From NCBI GenBank assembly GCA_964635565.1, contig CAZWON010000001.1, forward strand, positions 7,020 through 71,019: a DNA stretch of 64,000 nucleotides, written 5' to 3'. The stretch is from an uncultured Planctomycetia bacterium (GTDB lineage Bacteria; Omnitrophota; Gorgyraeia; Duberdicusellales; 4484-171). Below the pieces are notes generated by a model. The model saw only the letters and a program-made list of their open reading frames with translations. It ran no database searches and had not been told where the DNA came from. This document shows positions 17,858 to 27,688 of this stretch, in pieces. How positions within the stretch are numbered: position 1 is the first letter of the stretch; each line of letters opens with the position of its first letter. A program made the position numbers and the translations under genes.

Positions 17858-18843
17858 TTACTTATAAAAAAGCAGGTGTAGATATAAAAAAAGCAGAGAT
17901 TTTTGTAAAAAAAATTAGAGGAAGAGATGAATCTCAGCCTTTTTTAGGATTTGCTTCTGTATTTGATACAAAAGTTTTTAAGAATTACAAAAATCCCTTT
18001 TTAGTTTCTTCTTGTGATGGGGTAGGGACAAAGTTGAAAATCGCCCAACAACTGGATATTCATTATTCTGTAGGTATTGATTTAGTAGCAATGAATGTTA
18101 ATGATATAGTTTGTTTAGGAGCAGAGCCTCTTTTTTTTCTGGATTATATTGCCTGCGGTAAATTAAAAATAAATATTCTGACCAGCATAATAAAAGGAAT
18201 AAAAAGAGGATTAAAGGAAGCAGGATGTGTTCTTATTGGAGGAGAAACCGCAGAAATGCCGGGAATGTATAGAAATAATGAGTATGATTTAGCAGGATTT
18301 TGTGTAGGTGTTGTGGAAAAAAATAGATTGATTGACGGAAGAAGAATTAAAAAAGGTGATGTTGTTTTAGGATTGGCTTCCAGTGGTATTCATTCCAATG
18401 GCTATTCTCTTATAAGAAAGATATTGACACCGAAGGATATAATTAAGTACTCCTCTCAATTGCTTAAGCCAACACGTATTTATGTAAAGTCAGTCCTTTC
18501 TTTACTTAAAGCTACCGGATATAATTTTCAGATTATTAAAGGAATTGCTCATATTACAGGAGGTGCTTTTTATAACAAGGCAGTAAAAATTTTACCTCCT
18601 TCTTTGGGGATGATTATTAATAAACGAAGTTGGCCAGTTCCTAAGATATTCAGAGTTATTAGAGAAAAAGGAAAAATTAGTGATAACCAGATGTATTCGG
18701 TGTTTAATATGGGTATAGGAATGATTATTGTTGTAGATAGAATATGGGCAGAACGTATTCAGAAGATTCTTGCTTCCTATCGAGTAGCCTCTTATATAAT
18801 AGGTAAGATTGTTGTTAGCAGGTCAAAAGTAAGAATTCTATGA
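17854..18843 (+). CDS. purM: Phosphoribosylformylglycinamidine cyclo-ligase (AIR synthetase)
   Basis: PurM-family N- and C-domains (DGVGTK, GGETAEMPG). Confidence 0.9.
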   Translation: MITYKKAGVDIKKAEIFVKKIRGRDESQPFLGFASVFDTKVFKNYKNPFLVSSCDGVGTKLKIAQQLDIHYSVGIDLVAMNVNDIVCLGAEPLFFLDYIACGKLKINILTSIIKGIKRGLKEAGCVLIGGETAEMPGMYRNNEYDLAGFCVGVVEKNRLIDGRRIKKGDVVLGLASSGIHSNGYSLIRKILTPKDIIKYSSQLLKPTRIYVKSVLSLLKATGYNFQIIKGIAHITGGAFYNKAVKILPPSLGMIINKRSWPVPKIFRVIREKGKISDNQMYSVFNMGIGMIIVVDRIWAERIQKILASYRVASYIIGKIVVSRSKVRIL

Positions 18844-18882
18844 CTAACGGAGAACATTAAATACCTTTAGAGGGAGGTTTGA

Positions 18883-20172
18883 ATGAGAGTTTTAGTAGTA
18901 GGGGGTGGCGGAAGAGAACATGCTCTTACATGGAAGATTAGACAGTCTCCTCTTGTAGAGGAAATTTGGTGTGCACCAGGTAATGGAGGTACAGCAAGTA
19001 TTGCGCAAAATATAGATATTAAACCTACAGATATCAAAAGTCTTTTGGATTTTACTTTAAGAGAACACATAGATTTAACTATAGTAGGTCCAGAGGCTCC
19101 TTTAGTTGAGGGGATTGTAGATAAATTTGAAGAGAAGAGTCTTAAAATATTTGGGCCTAAAAAAGATACTGCTCTTTTAGAGGGAAGTAAGGTATTTGCT
19201 AAGGAGATAATGAGAAAATTTAATATTCCTACTGCTAATTTTGAAGTTTTTAATAGTGCTTCTGTGGCAAAAGATTACCTTAGAAAAAAAGATATCCCTA
19301 TAGTTATTAAGGCTGATGGTTTAGCAGGAGGTAAAGGGGTAATTGTAGCAGAGTCAAAAAAGGAGGCAGAAAAAGCTGTAGATTTAATAATGGTAGAAAA
19401 GAAATTTGGTATTTCAGGAGAAAAAGTAGTTATTGAGGATTATCTTAAAGGGGAAGAAGCTTCTATATTAGCTTTTATAGATGGGGATTCGGTTGTCCCT
19501 TTAGTAAGTTCTCAAGACCATAAAGCGGTTTTTGACAACGATAGAGGTCCTAATACAGGAGGGATGGGTGCTTATGCTCCTGCTCCTGTAGTTACTGATA
19601 TAGTTTTTGAAAAGATAATGAAAAAGATTTTTTATCCTCTTGTTAATGGTTTAAAAAAAGAAGGATTGCTTTACAAGGGAATTCTTTATGCGGGCCTTAT
19701 GATTAAAGATAATCACCCTTATGTTTTAGAATTTAATGTGCGTTTTGGTGATCCTGAAATTCAGGCGATTCTTCCTAAATTAAGGACCGATTTAGTAGAG
19801 ATTATTCTGGCGACGGTTGATAGTAAATTAAAAAATGTGTGTTTAGAATGGGATGAAAGATTTTGTTTATGTGTGGTATTAGCTTCAGGAGGATATCCTC
19901 TTAGCTACACTAAAGGGAAAGAAATTTTAGGTTTGGAGAAGATAAACAATAAGGAAGATATTTTTGTTTTCCATGCAGGAACCAGAAGGATTAGTGAAAA
20001 GGGAAGAGAATATTTTGCTACCAATGGCGGGAGGGTTTTAAATATTGTAGGGTTAGGTCTTAATATAAAAGAGGCTCAAGAAAAAGTTTATAGAGCAATA
20101 AAGGATGTGTATTTTGATAATATGCATTACCGTAGAGATATTGGGAGTAAAGCATTGAATTTTTTATCTTAA
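18883..20172 (+). CDS. purD: Phosphoribosylamine--glycine ligase
   Basis: MRVLVVGGGGREHAL start and ATP-grasp core. Confidence 0.9.
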   Translation: MRVLVVGGGGREHALTWKIRQSPLVEEIWCAPGNGGTASIAQNIDIKPTDIKSLLDFTLREHIDLTIVGPEAPLVEGIVDKFEEKSLKIFGPKKDTALLEGSKVFAKEIMRKFNIPTANFEVFNSASVAKDYLRKKDIPIVIKADGLAGGKGVIVAESKKEAEKAVDLIMVEKKFGISGEKVVIEDYLKGEEASILAFIDGDSVVPLVSSQDHKAVFDNDRGPNTGGMGAYAPAPVVTDIVFEKIMKKIFYPLVNGLKKEGLLYKGILYAGLMIKDNHPYVLEFNVRFGDPEIQAILPKLRTDLVEIILATVDSKLKNVCLEWDERFCLCVVLASGGYPLSYTKGKEILGLEKINNKEDIFVFHAGTRRISEKGREYFATNGGRVLNIVGLGLNIKEAQEKVYRAIKDVYFDNMHYRRDIGSKALNFLS

Positions 20173-20188
20173 ATTGTAAAATGTAGGA

Positions 20189-20653
20189 ATGAAAAAGCCA
20201 AAAAAAATTACGATTATCTTAGGAAGCAAATCAGACCAAGAAAAACTAAAAGATGGCTTTTCTCTTTTAAAGGTGTTGGATATCCCCTATGATTACCATA
20301 TTATTTCTGCCCACAGAACTCCTGAGAAATTACGACGTTTATGTAAACGAATAGAAAAGAAAGGTGTTGAGGTAGTAATTGCCTGTGCAGGGTTAAGTGC
20401 AGTTCTACCAAGTTTTGTTGCTTCCTATGTAGATATTCCTGTGATTGGTGTACCCCTTAGGGGTAAGGAATTTGAAGGTTTAGATAGTTTGCTTTCTATT
20501 ATTCAAGTCCCTAAGGGGTTAGGAGTTGTAAGTAGTGGTTTTGATGTAAGGGGATTTATAAATGCTATAATTTTTTCTTTAGAGATTCTTTCTCTTAAGG
20601 ATTTTACCTATAAGAAGAAACTTCAACAACTTAAAAATAAATTTAGAAAATGA
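20189..20653 (+). CDS. purE: N5-carboxyaminoimidazole ribonucleotide mutase
   Basis: SAHRTP motif and PurE fold. No purK in the window. Confidence 0.85.
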   Translation: MKKPKKITIILGSKSDQEKLKDGFSLLKVLDIPYDYHIISAHRTPEKLRRLCKRIEKKGVEVVIACAGLSAVLPSFVASYVDIPVIGVPLRGKEFEGLDSLLSIIQVPKGLGVVSSGFDVRGFINAIIFSLEILSLKDFTYKKKLQQLKNKFRK

Positions 20654-21717
20654 AAAAAGTAGTATTAAGTGGAACCAATCCTGATATTTCTGTGGTTAAA
20701 CAGGCAGTTGATATTCTTAAAAAAGGTGGTATTGTTGCTTTACCTACGGAGACAGTCTATGGTTTGGGTGTAATATCTAACAATAAAGATGCGGTTAAAA
20801 GACTGTTTGAAGTAAAGAAAAGACCCAAAGATAAGCCCTTTACTTTGTGTTTTCCTGATAGAGAAAGAGCAACATCTTTTTTAAGTATTATGCCTCCTTT
20901 TGCTTATAGGATGATGGAGGTTTTTTGGCCCGGACCTCTTACTATAATTTTTTATAGTAAAGATTCAGAAAAAATAGGAGTAAGAGTCCCTTCTAATCCT
21001 ATTATCCAGATGATTCTTCAGGAACTGAATATCCCTGTGTGTTTACCATCCGCTAACATTAGCGGCCAAAAAGATGCGGTTACCGCGGAGGAAGTAGCAG
21101 ATATCTTTGATGATAATATAGATTTAATAGTTGATGGAGGAAGTGCTTCTTTTTCTAAACCATCTACTGTCGTTGATATTACTTACCACCCTTTTAAAGT
21201 CCTAAGGGAAGGGGTTATTCATATAAATGAATTGATGAAGATTTTTTTTAGAAAACGTATTATGTTCGTTTGCACAGGTAATACCTGCCGTTCGCCAATG
21301 GCAGAATATATCCTAAAGAATATCTTATCTAAGAGTAGTCCTTATGTTGTAAGGCGATATGAGATTATTTCTCGAGGTATAATTTTTTTAGATAATCAAC
21401 CAATAAGTAATGATACTTATAATATACTGAAAGAGAAAGAAAATATAGATGCAAGCAGTCATCGTTCTCAGAAGATAGACCGCGATGTTGTCTTATCCAG
21501 TGACCTTATTTTTGTGATGGAAGAAATACACCGCGAACATATTGTAAAGATAGAACCTACCTCAGAGCCAAGAATTTTCCCTTTAAAGAAATTTCTTCCT
21601 CCAAACTTAGAGAGAGATATACCTGATCCTATTGGAAAGTCTTATGATTTCTATGAAGAAGTCTATTCTCTTTTAAGGAAAGCTATTGAGGAATTATCGG
21701 AGTGGCTCCTTAATTAA
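20650..21717 (+). CDS. Fusion: threonylcarbamoyl-AMP synthase (TsaC/YrdC/Sua5 domain) + low-molecular-weight protein phosphatase (YwlE-like)
   Basis: N-terminal ALPTETVYGLG (YrdC). C-terminal CX5R P-loop MFVCTGNTCRSPMAE (LMW-PTP). Confidence 0.8.
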   Translation: MKKVVLSGTNPDISVVKQAVDILKKGGIVALPTETVYGLGVISNNKDAVKRLFEVKKRPKDKPFTLCFPDRERATSFLSIMPPFAYRMMEVFWPGPLTIIFYSKDSEKIGVRVPSNPIIQMILQELNIPVCLPSANISGQKDAVTAEEVADIFDDNIDLIVDGGSASFSKPSTVVDITYHPFKVLREGVIHINELMKIFFRKRIMFVCTGNTCRSPMAEYILKNILSKSSPYVVRRYEIISRGIIFLDNQPISNDTYNILKEKENIDASSHRSQKIDRDVVLSSDLIFVMEEIHREHIVKIEPTSEPRIFPLKKFLPPNLERDIPDPIGKSYDFYEEVYSLLRKAIEELSEWLLN

Positions 21718-21728
21718 GGAGGGTTTAA

Positions 21729-22178
21729 GTGCGGATTGCTGTTGCTAGTGACCATAGAGGATTTAGACTTAAGAATATTATCTCTGATTATCTTAGTAAT
21801 AAAGGAATTGAGATAGTTGACTGTGGAACATTTTCTTCTGAACCTTGTGATTACCCTGATTATATTTATCCTGCAGCGGTCTTAGTAAAAAAGAGAAAAG
21901 TAAACAGAGCAATTGTTGTTTGTTATACAGGTATAGGAAGTTGTATCGTAGCCAATAAAGTTAAAAGGATAAGAGCAGCATTAGTATTTAATATAAAGAC
22001 TGCTCTTTACTCCCGTCAGCATAATAATAGTAATGTATTAGTATTGCCTGCAGGGTTTATGAAAGCAGATTATGCAAAAAAAATAGTTATTCGCTGGCTT
22101 AGCGCAGGATTTGAAGGAGGAAGGCATGAAAGAAGGTTAAGGAAAGTTCAGAAAATAGAGGAGAGAGAAAATGTTTAG
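21729..22178 (+). CDS. rpiB: Ribose-5-phosphate isomerase B
   Basis: [12 protein letters not shown]...CGT RpiB/LacAB signature. Confidence 0.85.
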   Translation: MRIAVASDHRGFRLKNIISDYLSNKGIEIVDCGTFSSEPCDYPDYIYPAAVLVKKRKVNRAIVVCYTGIGSCIVANKVKRIRAALVFNIKTALYSRQHNNSNVLVLPAGFMKADYAKKIVIRWLSAGFEGGRHERRLRKVQKIEERENV

Positions 22179-23421
22179 AGAATTAAAGAAGAAGGATCCC
22201 TTAGTTTATGAAAGTATTATTCAGGAGATAAGAAGACAGAGGGAGCAGATTGAACTTATTGCCAGTGAGAATTTCGCTCCCTTAGAAGTTTTAGAAGCAG
22301 CAGGCACCCCCCTTACCAATAAGTATGCTGAAGGATATCCTAAGGCGAGATGGTATGGAGGGTGTGGTTATGTAGATGAAGTGGAGGAGGTTGCAAGGGA
22401 GAGGGTGAAAAAGCTTTTTGGAGCCGAGCATGCTAATGTTCAGCCTCATTCGGGAACGCAGGCTAATATGGCAGTAATGATGGCAGTTTTAAGCCCTGGT
22501 GATACTGTTCTTGCTATGGATTTAGCATGTGGAGGTCATCTTTCTCATGGGCACCCTCTTAATTTTAGCGGGAAGTTTTATAACATTGTTGCTTATGGAG
22601 TAAGTAGAGATACAGAATGTTTGGATTACGAGGAGATAGAGAAATTAGCAATTATACATAAGCCCAAACTTATTATTGCAGGAGCAAGTGCTTATCCGCG
22701 TATCATTGATTTTAAAAGGTTTAGAGAAATAGCAGATAAAGTTAAAGCATATTTATTAGTGGATATGGCACATTTTGCAGGATTAGTAGGAGCAAAGATT
22801 TATCCTAATCCCATTCCTTTTGCTGAGTTTGTTACTTCTACTACCCATAAGACATTAAGAGGCCCGAGAGGAGGTTTTATTCTTTGTAGAAAAGAATTTG
22901 CTAAAAAAATTGATACTGCAGTTTTTCCTGGCACACAAGGGGGTCCTCTTATGCATATCATTGCTGCTAAAGCAGTAGCATTTGGTTTAGCTTTAAAACC
23001 CCAGTTTATAGAATATTCTAAGAATATAGTAGAAAATGCCCGTTATTTTTCCTTTTGTATGGAGAAGAGGGGATATCGTATTGTAAGTGGGGGCACAGAT
23101 ACCCATCTTTTTCTTGTGGATTTAAGATCTAAAGGTTTAACAGGTAAAAAAGCAGCATTGATTTTAGAGGAGGTGAATATTACAGTTAATAAAAATTTAA
23201 TTCCTTTTGATCCTAAGCCACCTATTGTCGCTAGTGGTATTCGTATTGGAACACCTGCTATTACTACGCGAGGGGTAAGAAAAGAAGGGATAGAAAAAAT
23301 AGCGGAATTTATCGATGGCGCTCTTAGAGAAAAAGATAACCCACAAGTTATAGGAATGCTTAAAGAGAAGGTTATAGATTTTATTGGAGAGTATCCTCTT
23401 TATACTGAGATTGAAATTTAG
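22171..23421 (+). CDS. glyA: Serine hydroxymethyltransferase
   Basis: LIASENF, PLP-lysine region [12 protein letters not shown]. Confidence 0.92.
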   Translation: MFRELKKKDPLVYESIIQEIRRQREQIELIASENFAPLEVLEAAGTPLTNKYAEGYPKARWYGGCGYVDEVEEVARERVKKLFGAEHANVQPHSGTQANMAVMMAVLSPGDTVLAMDLACGGHLSHGHPLNFSGKFYNIVAYGVSRDTECLDYEEIEKLAIIHKPKLIIAGASAYPRIIDFKRFREIADKVKAYLLVDMAHFAGLVGAKIYPNPIPFAEFVTSTTHKTLRGPRGGFILCRKEFAKKIDTAVFPGTQGGPLMHIIAAKAVAFGLALKPQFIEYSKNIVENARYFSFCMEKRGYRIVSGGTDTHLFLVDLRSKGLTGKKAALILEEVNITVNKNLIPFDPKPPIVASGIRIGTPAITTRGVRKEGIEKIAEFIDGALREKDNPQVIGMLKEKVIDFIGEYPLYTEIEI

Positions 23422-23492
23422 ATAATTTAATTATTGCAAAAGCAAACTTAGAGGTCACATTTTTAGTTTTTTATAATACTTTATGTGATATT

Positions 23493-23975
23493 ATGAAAAG
23501 GAGTAAGTTTTTAGAGATAGATAGAGAAACAAAGCGACCTAACTGGGATGAATATTTTATGGAGGTAGCGCATCTGGTTGCTAAACGTTCCACATGTTTA
23601 AGAAGAAAGGTAGGGGCTGTACTGGTGAAAGGAAAGAGAATTCTTGCTACAGGATACAATGGCGCTCCCAGCGGCATTGTGCACTGTAAGACTTCGGGAT
23701 GCTTAAGAGAGCAGCTTAAAGTGCCTTCAGGACAGAAACATGAGTTATGTAGAGGTTTACATGCGGAGCAGAATGTGATAATTCAAGCGGCATTATACGG
23801 GGTATCTGTGGAAGGCAGTACTTTATATATTACTAACGCTCCCTGCAGTATTTGTGCTAAAATGATTATTAATGGGGGGATAAAAGAAGTAGTTTTTGAA
23901 AACAGCTATCCTGATAAGATGGCAGAGGATTTTTTAAAACAGGCAAAGATTTTATTGAGAAAAATAAAAAGATGA
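23493..23975 (+). CDS. dCMP deaminase (ComEB-like cytidine/deoxycytidylate deaminase)
   Basis: Zinc motifs HAEQN and PCSICAKMI. Confidence 0.8.
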   Translation: MKRSKFLEIDRETKRPNWDEYFMEVAHLVAKRSTCLRRKVGAVLVKGKRILATGYNGAPSGIVHCKTSGCLREQLKVPSGQKHELCRGLHAEQNVIIQAALYGVSVEGSTLYITNAPCSICAKMIINGGIKEVVFENSYPDKMAEDFLKQAKILLRKIKR

Positions 23976-24433
23976 AATGTCCTTACTGTAGTCATAATGA
24001 GGATAAAGTAGTTGATTCTCGAGAAACTCAAGACGGAGCTTCTATAAGAAGAAGAAGAGAATGTATTAACTGTGGTAGAAGATTTACTACTTATGAATAT
24101 ATAGAAAAGAACCCTCTTATGGTAGTTAAAAAAGACGGTCGGCGGGAGCCCTTTAATCGTGAAAAGATTATTGCAGGGCTTCTTAAAGCTTGTCAGAAAA
24201 GAAATATAAGTATAGAGAGAATAGAGAGATTAGTTACGGAGGTAGAAACAGTTATTCAGAAGAAGTTTGACCGAGAAGTAGAGTCTGGATATATAGGAGA
24301 GATAGTTATAGATAAGCTTGCTAAGATAGACGATGTAGCTTATGTTAGGTTTGCCTCAGTATATAGGCAATTTAAAGATGTAAATCAGTTTATGAGAGAG
24401 CTTAAGGATATCTTGCAGAGTAAAGTAAAATGA
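23972..24433 (+). CDS. nrdR: Transcriptional repressor NrdR
   Basis: N-terminal zinc ribbon MKCPYCS...[15 protein letters not shown]-cone domain. Confidence 0.9.
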   Translation: MKCPYCSHNEDKVVDSRETQDGASIRRRRECINCGRRFTTYEYIEKNPLMVVKKDGRREPFNREKIIAGLLKACQKRNISIERIERLVTEVETVIQKKFDREVESGYIGEIVIDKLAKIDDVAYVRFASVYRQFKDVNQFMRELKDILQSKVK

Positions 24434-24831
24434 TAGAAGTAGAGTTATCTAGAATTATTATTGACGAGCAAAAACAGGAACAGATAATTATTCTTAAAGA
24501 AAAAAAAGGCAAGAAAATTCTTCCTATTGTTATTGGTTTAAATGAGGCTGCTGCTATAAGAATGCAGTTAAGCGGTTTTAAACCTCCCCGTCCTCTTACG
24601 CATGATTTATTAAAGTCTTTGGTTGAAGTGGCATCTTTTAATTTAGAGCGAGTAGTTATTGATAAGCTTATAGATAGTACATTCCATGCTAAGCTTCATT
24701 TTAGAACCTCCCACGGTGATATTAAAATAGTAGATGCCCGTCCTTCTGATAGCGTTGCTTTAGCAGTAAGGACGAAGTCACCAATTTTTGTACAGGAGGA
24801 AGTGTTTGAGAAACTTCTTATGAGTGATTAA
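24430..24831 (+). CDS. DUF151 / bifunctional-nuclease (BFN) domain protein
   Basis: 133 aa, BFN-like pattern (ILPIVIG..EAAAI, THDLL). Confidence 0.6.
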   Translation: MIEVELSRIIIDEQKQEQIIILKEKKGKKILPIVIGLNEAAAIRMQLSGFKPPRPLTHDLLKSLVEVASFNLERVVIDKLIDSTFHAKLHFRTSHGDIKIVDARPSDSVALAVRTKSPIFVQEEVFEKLLMSD

Positions 24832-25289
24832 TGAAGATTGGTATTGGGTCTGATACACACGATAATATTTCCAAAATAAAAGAGATGGTAGAGATTCTTA
24901 ACAGAGAGAAGGTGGGTTTATTTTTGCATGCAGGAGATTTCATTGCCCCTTTTTCTCTTTTACCTTTAGAAGAATTAAAATGCGAATGGTTTGGGGTTTT
25001 TGGCAATAATGATGGTGAGCAAGAGGGTTTATTAAATAAGTCAGGAGGCCGAATTAAATCTCCTCCTTATTTTTTGGAGTTATCTTCGAAAAGAATTGCT
25101 CTTATGCACGAACTTAAAGAGGTGAATTCTCAAATAGTAATTTATGGACATACCCATAATCCTAAGATTAATCGTGAAGGTGATAAAATATTTATAAATC
25201 CAGGAGAAGTCTGTGGTTGGCTTACGGGAAGGTCATCTCTTGCGATATTAGATTTAGATGATTTAAAGTCAGAAATTATATATTTTTAA
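24831..25289 (+). CDS. Metallophosphoesterase, YfcE/MJ0936 family
   Basis: GSDTHDN, GD, GNND, GHTH calcineurin-like motifs. Confidence 0.75.
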   Translation: MKIGIGSDTHDNISKIKEMVEILNREKVGLFLHAGDFIAPFSLLPLEELKCEWFGVFGNNDGEQEGLLNKSGGRIKSPPYFLELSSKRIALMHELKEVNSQIVIYGHTHNPKINREGDKIFINPGEVCGWLTGRSSLAILDLDDLKSEIIYF

Positions 25290-25302
25290 ACCCGCCTTAT
25301 TT

Positions 25303-26748
25303 ATGAATCTGAGAAGAGCTTTAAAAAAAATTCCTTATTTAGGAACGCTTTGCAGATTATCTCGAAAGAGTAATATTAAAGTATGGCTGGTGGGGGGATT
25401 TTTACGTGATATCTTTTTAAAGAGAGATAGAGAATTTTTAGATTTTGATTTCTGTGTAGAGAAAAAAATTCTTTCCTTTGTCCATATCTTTAAAAGGTAT
25501 AGTAAAGCAAAGATAGTTGTTCTGGATGAGAAACAAAAGAGTTACCGTCTGGTAATAAAAAGAGATAAGAAAATATATACTTATGATTTTACACAATTAC
25601 GCGGTAAAAACTTAGAGGAAGATTTATCTCTTCGTGATTTTATTATGAATACTTTAGCTTTAGAGATAAATATCTTGCCCAGAATAGAGGTTATTGATTT
25701 GTTAGGAGCTCGCTTTGATTTATTTAGAAGGAGAATAAGGGTAGTTAATGAAAGAGTGATTAAAGACGACCCCTTAAGAATATTAAGGGCTTTTAGTTTC
25801 TCTGCTAATTATAATTTTAAGATAGAGAAAAGAACAGAAAAAATTTTAGCAAAATACAGAAAACTTTTAAAAAAAGTTTCAGGAGAAAGAATTAATGAAG
25901 AATTGTTTAAAATACTTTCTGTTCTTTATTCTTACCCCATTATAAAAAAAATGAGTGAATTGTTTATCCTTGATGAGATTATCCCTTACGTAAAAGAGCA
26001 GAGAAATGTTTTTCAGGGAGCTTATCACCATTTGGATGTATGGGGGCATTCTCTGGAGGCCCTTTTAAGATTCGAAATTTTGTTTAAAAAGAGGCTTTCT
26101 AAGGATAAAAGATTTATAGAATATCTTTATACTTCTCTTACTAGTAAACATAGGCTTATTGATATAATTAAATTAGCCTGTCTTTTGCATGATGTAGGGA
26201 AGCCATTTGCTAAGAGGGTAAAAAATAAAAAAACTATTTTTCATACTCATGAAAAAATTGGAGCTGAACTTATGGAAAAGATATACCAACGCCTAAAGTT
26301 ATCCTTTAAAGAGAAAGAGGTGTTGAAGCATCTTATTTTCTGGCATCTTCGGCCAGGTTATTTAGCTGACCAAGAGTATCCCTCAAAGAGAGCGGTTTAT
26401 CGTTTCTTCAGGGATGCAGGAGATGAAGGAGTAGCAGTTATTTTGCTCTCCTTGGCAGATTGGCGGGCTACCAGAGGTCCCTTAACCGATAGTAAAAAAA
26501 GAAGAAGACATGAAAGGATAATGTTGAAATTAATTGATTATTATTTTAAAGAGAAGCAAAAAAAACCTTTACCTAAACTGGTTGATGGATTTGATATCAT
26601 GCGAAAATTTAAATTAAAGCCTTCTCCTTTAATAGGAGAAATTTTAAAAAGGATAAAAGAAGAGCAGGCCTTAGGAAAGATAACTACTAAGCTCGATGCG
26701 TATAGTTTAGCCCAAGCGATTATAAAAAAGAGAGGGAGGTATAGATGA
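25303..26748 (+). CDS. cca: CCA-adding enzyme / tRNA nucleotidyltransferase with HD domain
   Basis: Pol-beta NTase motif GGFLRD...DFDF, HD motif LHDVGK. Confidence 0.8.
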   Translation: MNLRRALKKIPYLGTLCRLSRKSNIKVWLVGGFLRDIFLKRDREFLDFDFCVEKKILSFVHIFKRYSKAKIVVLDEKQKSYRLVIKRDKKIYTYDFTQLRGKNLEEDLSLRDFIMNTLALEINILPRIEVIDLLGARFDLFRRRIRVVNERVIKDDPLRILRAFSFSANYNFKIEKRTEKILAKYRKLLKKVSGERINEELFKILSVLYSYPIIKKMSELFILDEIIPYVKEQRNVFQGAYHHLDVWGHSLEALLRFEILFKKRLSKDKRFIEYLYTSLTSKHRLIDIIKLACLLHDVGKPFAKRVKNKKTIFHTHEKIGAELMEKIYQRLKLSFKEKEVLKHLIFWHLRPGYLADQEYPSKRAVYRFFRDAGDEGVAVILLSLADWRATRGPLTDSKKRRRHERIMLKLIDYYFKEKQKKPLPKLVDGFDIMRKFKLKPSPLIGEILKRIKEEQALGKITTKLDAYSLAQAIIKKRGRYR

Positions 26749-27683
26749 AGATAAAAGGTTTAGAAATTCGTGTTATAAAAGGAGATATTACCCAGGCTGA
26801 TACTGAGGCAATTGTAAATCCTGCTAATACTTCTCTTAAAATGGGAGGAGGAGTTGCTTTAGCGATTAGGAAAAAAGGTACGGAGTTAATTGAAAAAGAA
26901 GCAGTACAGAAGGGACCTCTTTCTCTTGGTGAAGCAGTGTTAACTTCTGCAGGTAAACTTAAGGCTAGATATATTATTCATGCAGTAACTATGGGTTTAG
27001 ATTTTAAAACAAATGAAGAAATAATTCGTAAAGCCACTTATAGTGCTCTTTTATGTGCCCAGGAGCATAAAATCTCCTCATTAGCTTTTTGTGCTTTAGG
27101 ATGTGGTACAGGGAAATTTTCTTATGAAGCAACTGCTAAGATAATGGCGCAGGAAGTATTTCGTTATATTCAAAACATAAATAGTTTTTCCTTAAAGAAG
27201 ATAATATTTGTTCTTTATTCAGAAAAAGCTTTTTCTATTTTTAAGAATAATCTGGAGAGATATTTAGAGTATATGTTTAAGAAGACCTCCTGGGGGCCCT
27301 TTCTTACTGTTGATGGTATTGTAGAGTATAAAGGAGGTATTGTATTGATAGAAAGAAAAAATCCTCCTTTTGGGTGGGCGCTTCCTGGGGGATTTGTTGA
27401 TTACGGTGAGAGCGCTGAGAATGCAGTAATAAGGGAAATAAAAGAAGAGACCAACTTAAATTTTAAAGATATACTTCAATTTCATACCTATTCAGAACCT
27501 GACCGTGATGTTCGTTTTCACACTGTATCAATAGTATTTGTGGGCAAAGGAGAGGGTAGCCTTAAAGCTAGTGATGATGCTAAAGGAGCAGGCGTTTTTA
27601 AAAAACGCACATTGCCGGAAAGGATTGCTTTTGACCACAGAAGGATTATCGAGGAATATTTCGCAAAAAAATATCATATATAG
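26745..27683 (+). CDS. Fusion: Macro domain (ADP-ribose / Appr-1''-p binding) + Nudix hydrolase
   Basis: N-terminal GDITQADTEAIVNPANTSLKMGGGVA (macro). C-terminal Nudix box GGFVDYGESAENAVIREIKEETNL. Confidence 0.8.
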   Translation: MKIKGLEIRVIKGDITQADTEAIVNPANTSLKMGGGVALAIRKKGTELIEKEAVQKGPLSLGEAVLTSAGKLKARYIIHAVTMGLDFKTNEEIIRKATYSALLCAQEHKISSLAFCALGCGTGKFSYEATAKIMAQEVFRYIQNINSFSLKKIIFVLYSEKAFSIFKNNLERYLEYMFKKTSWGPFLTVDGIVEYKGGIVLIERKNPPFGWALPGGFVDYGESAENAVIREIKEETNLNFKDILQFHTYSEPDRDVRFHTVSIVFVGKGEGSLKASDDAKGAGVFKKRTLPERIAFDHRRIIEEYFAKKYHI

Positions 27684-27688
27684 TCCTA

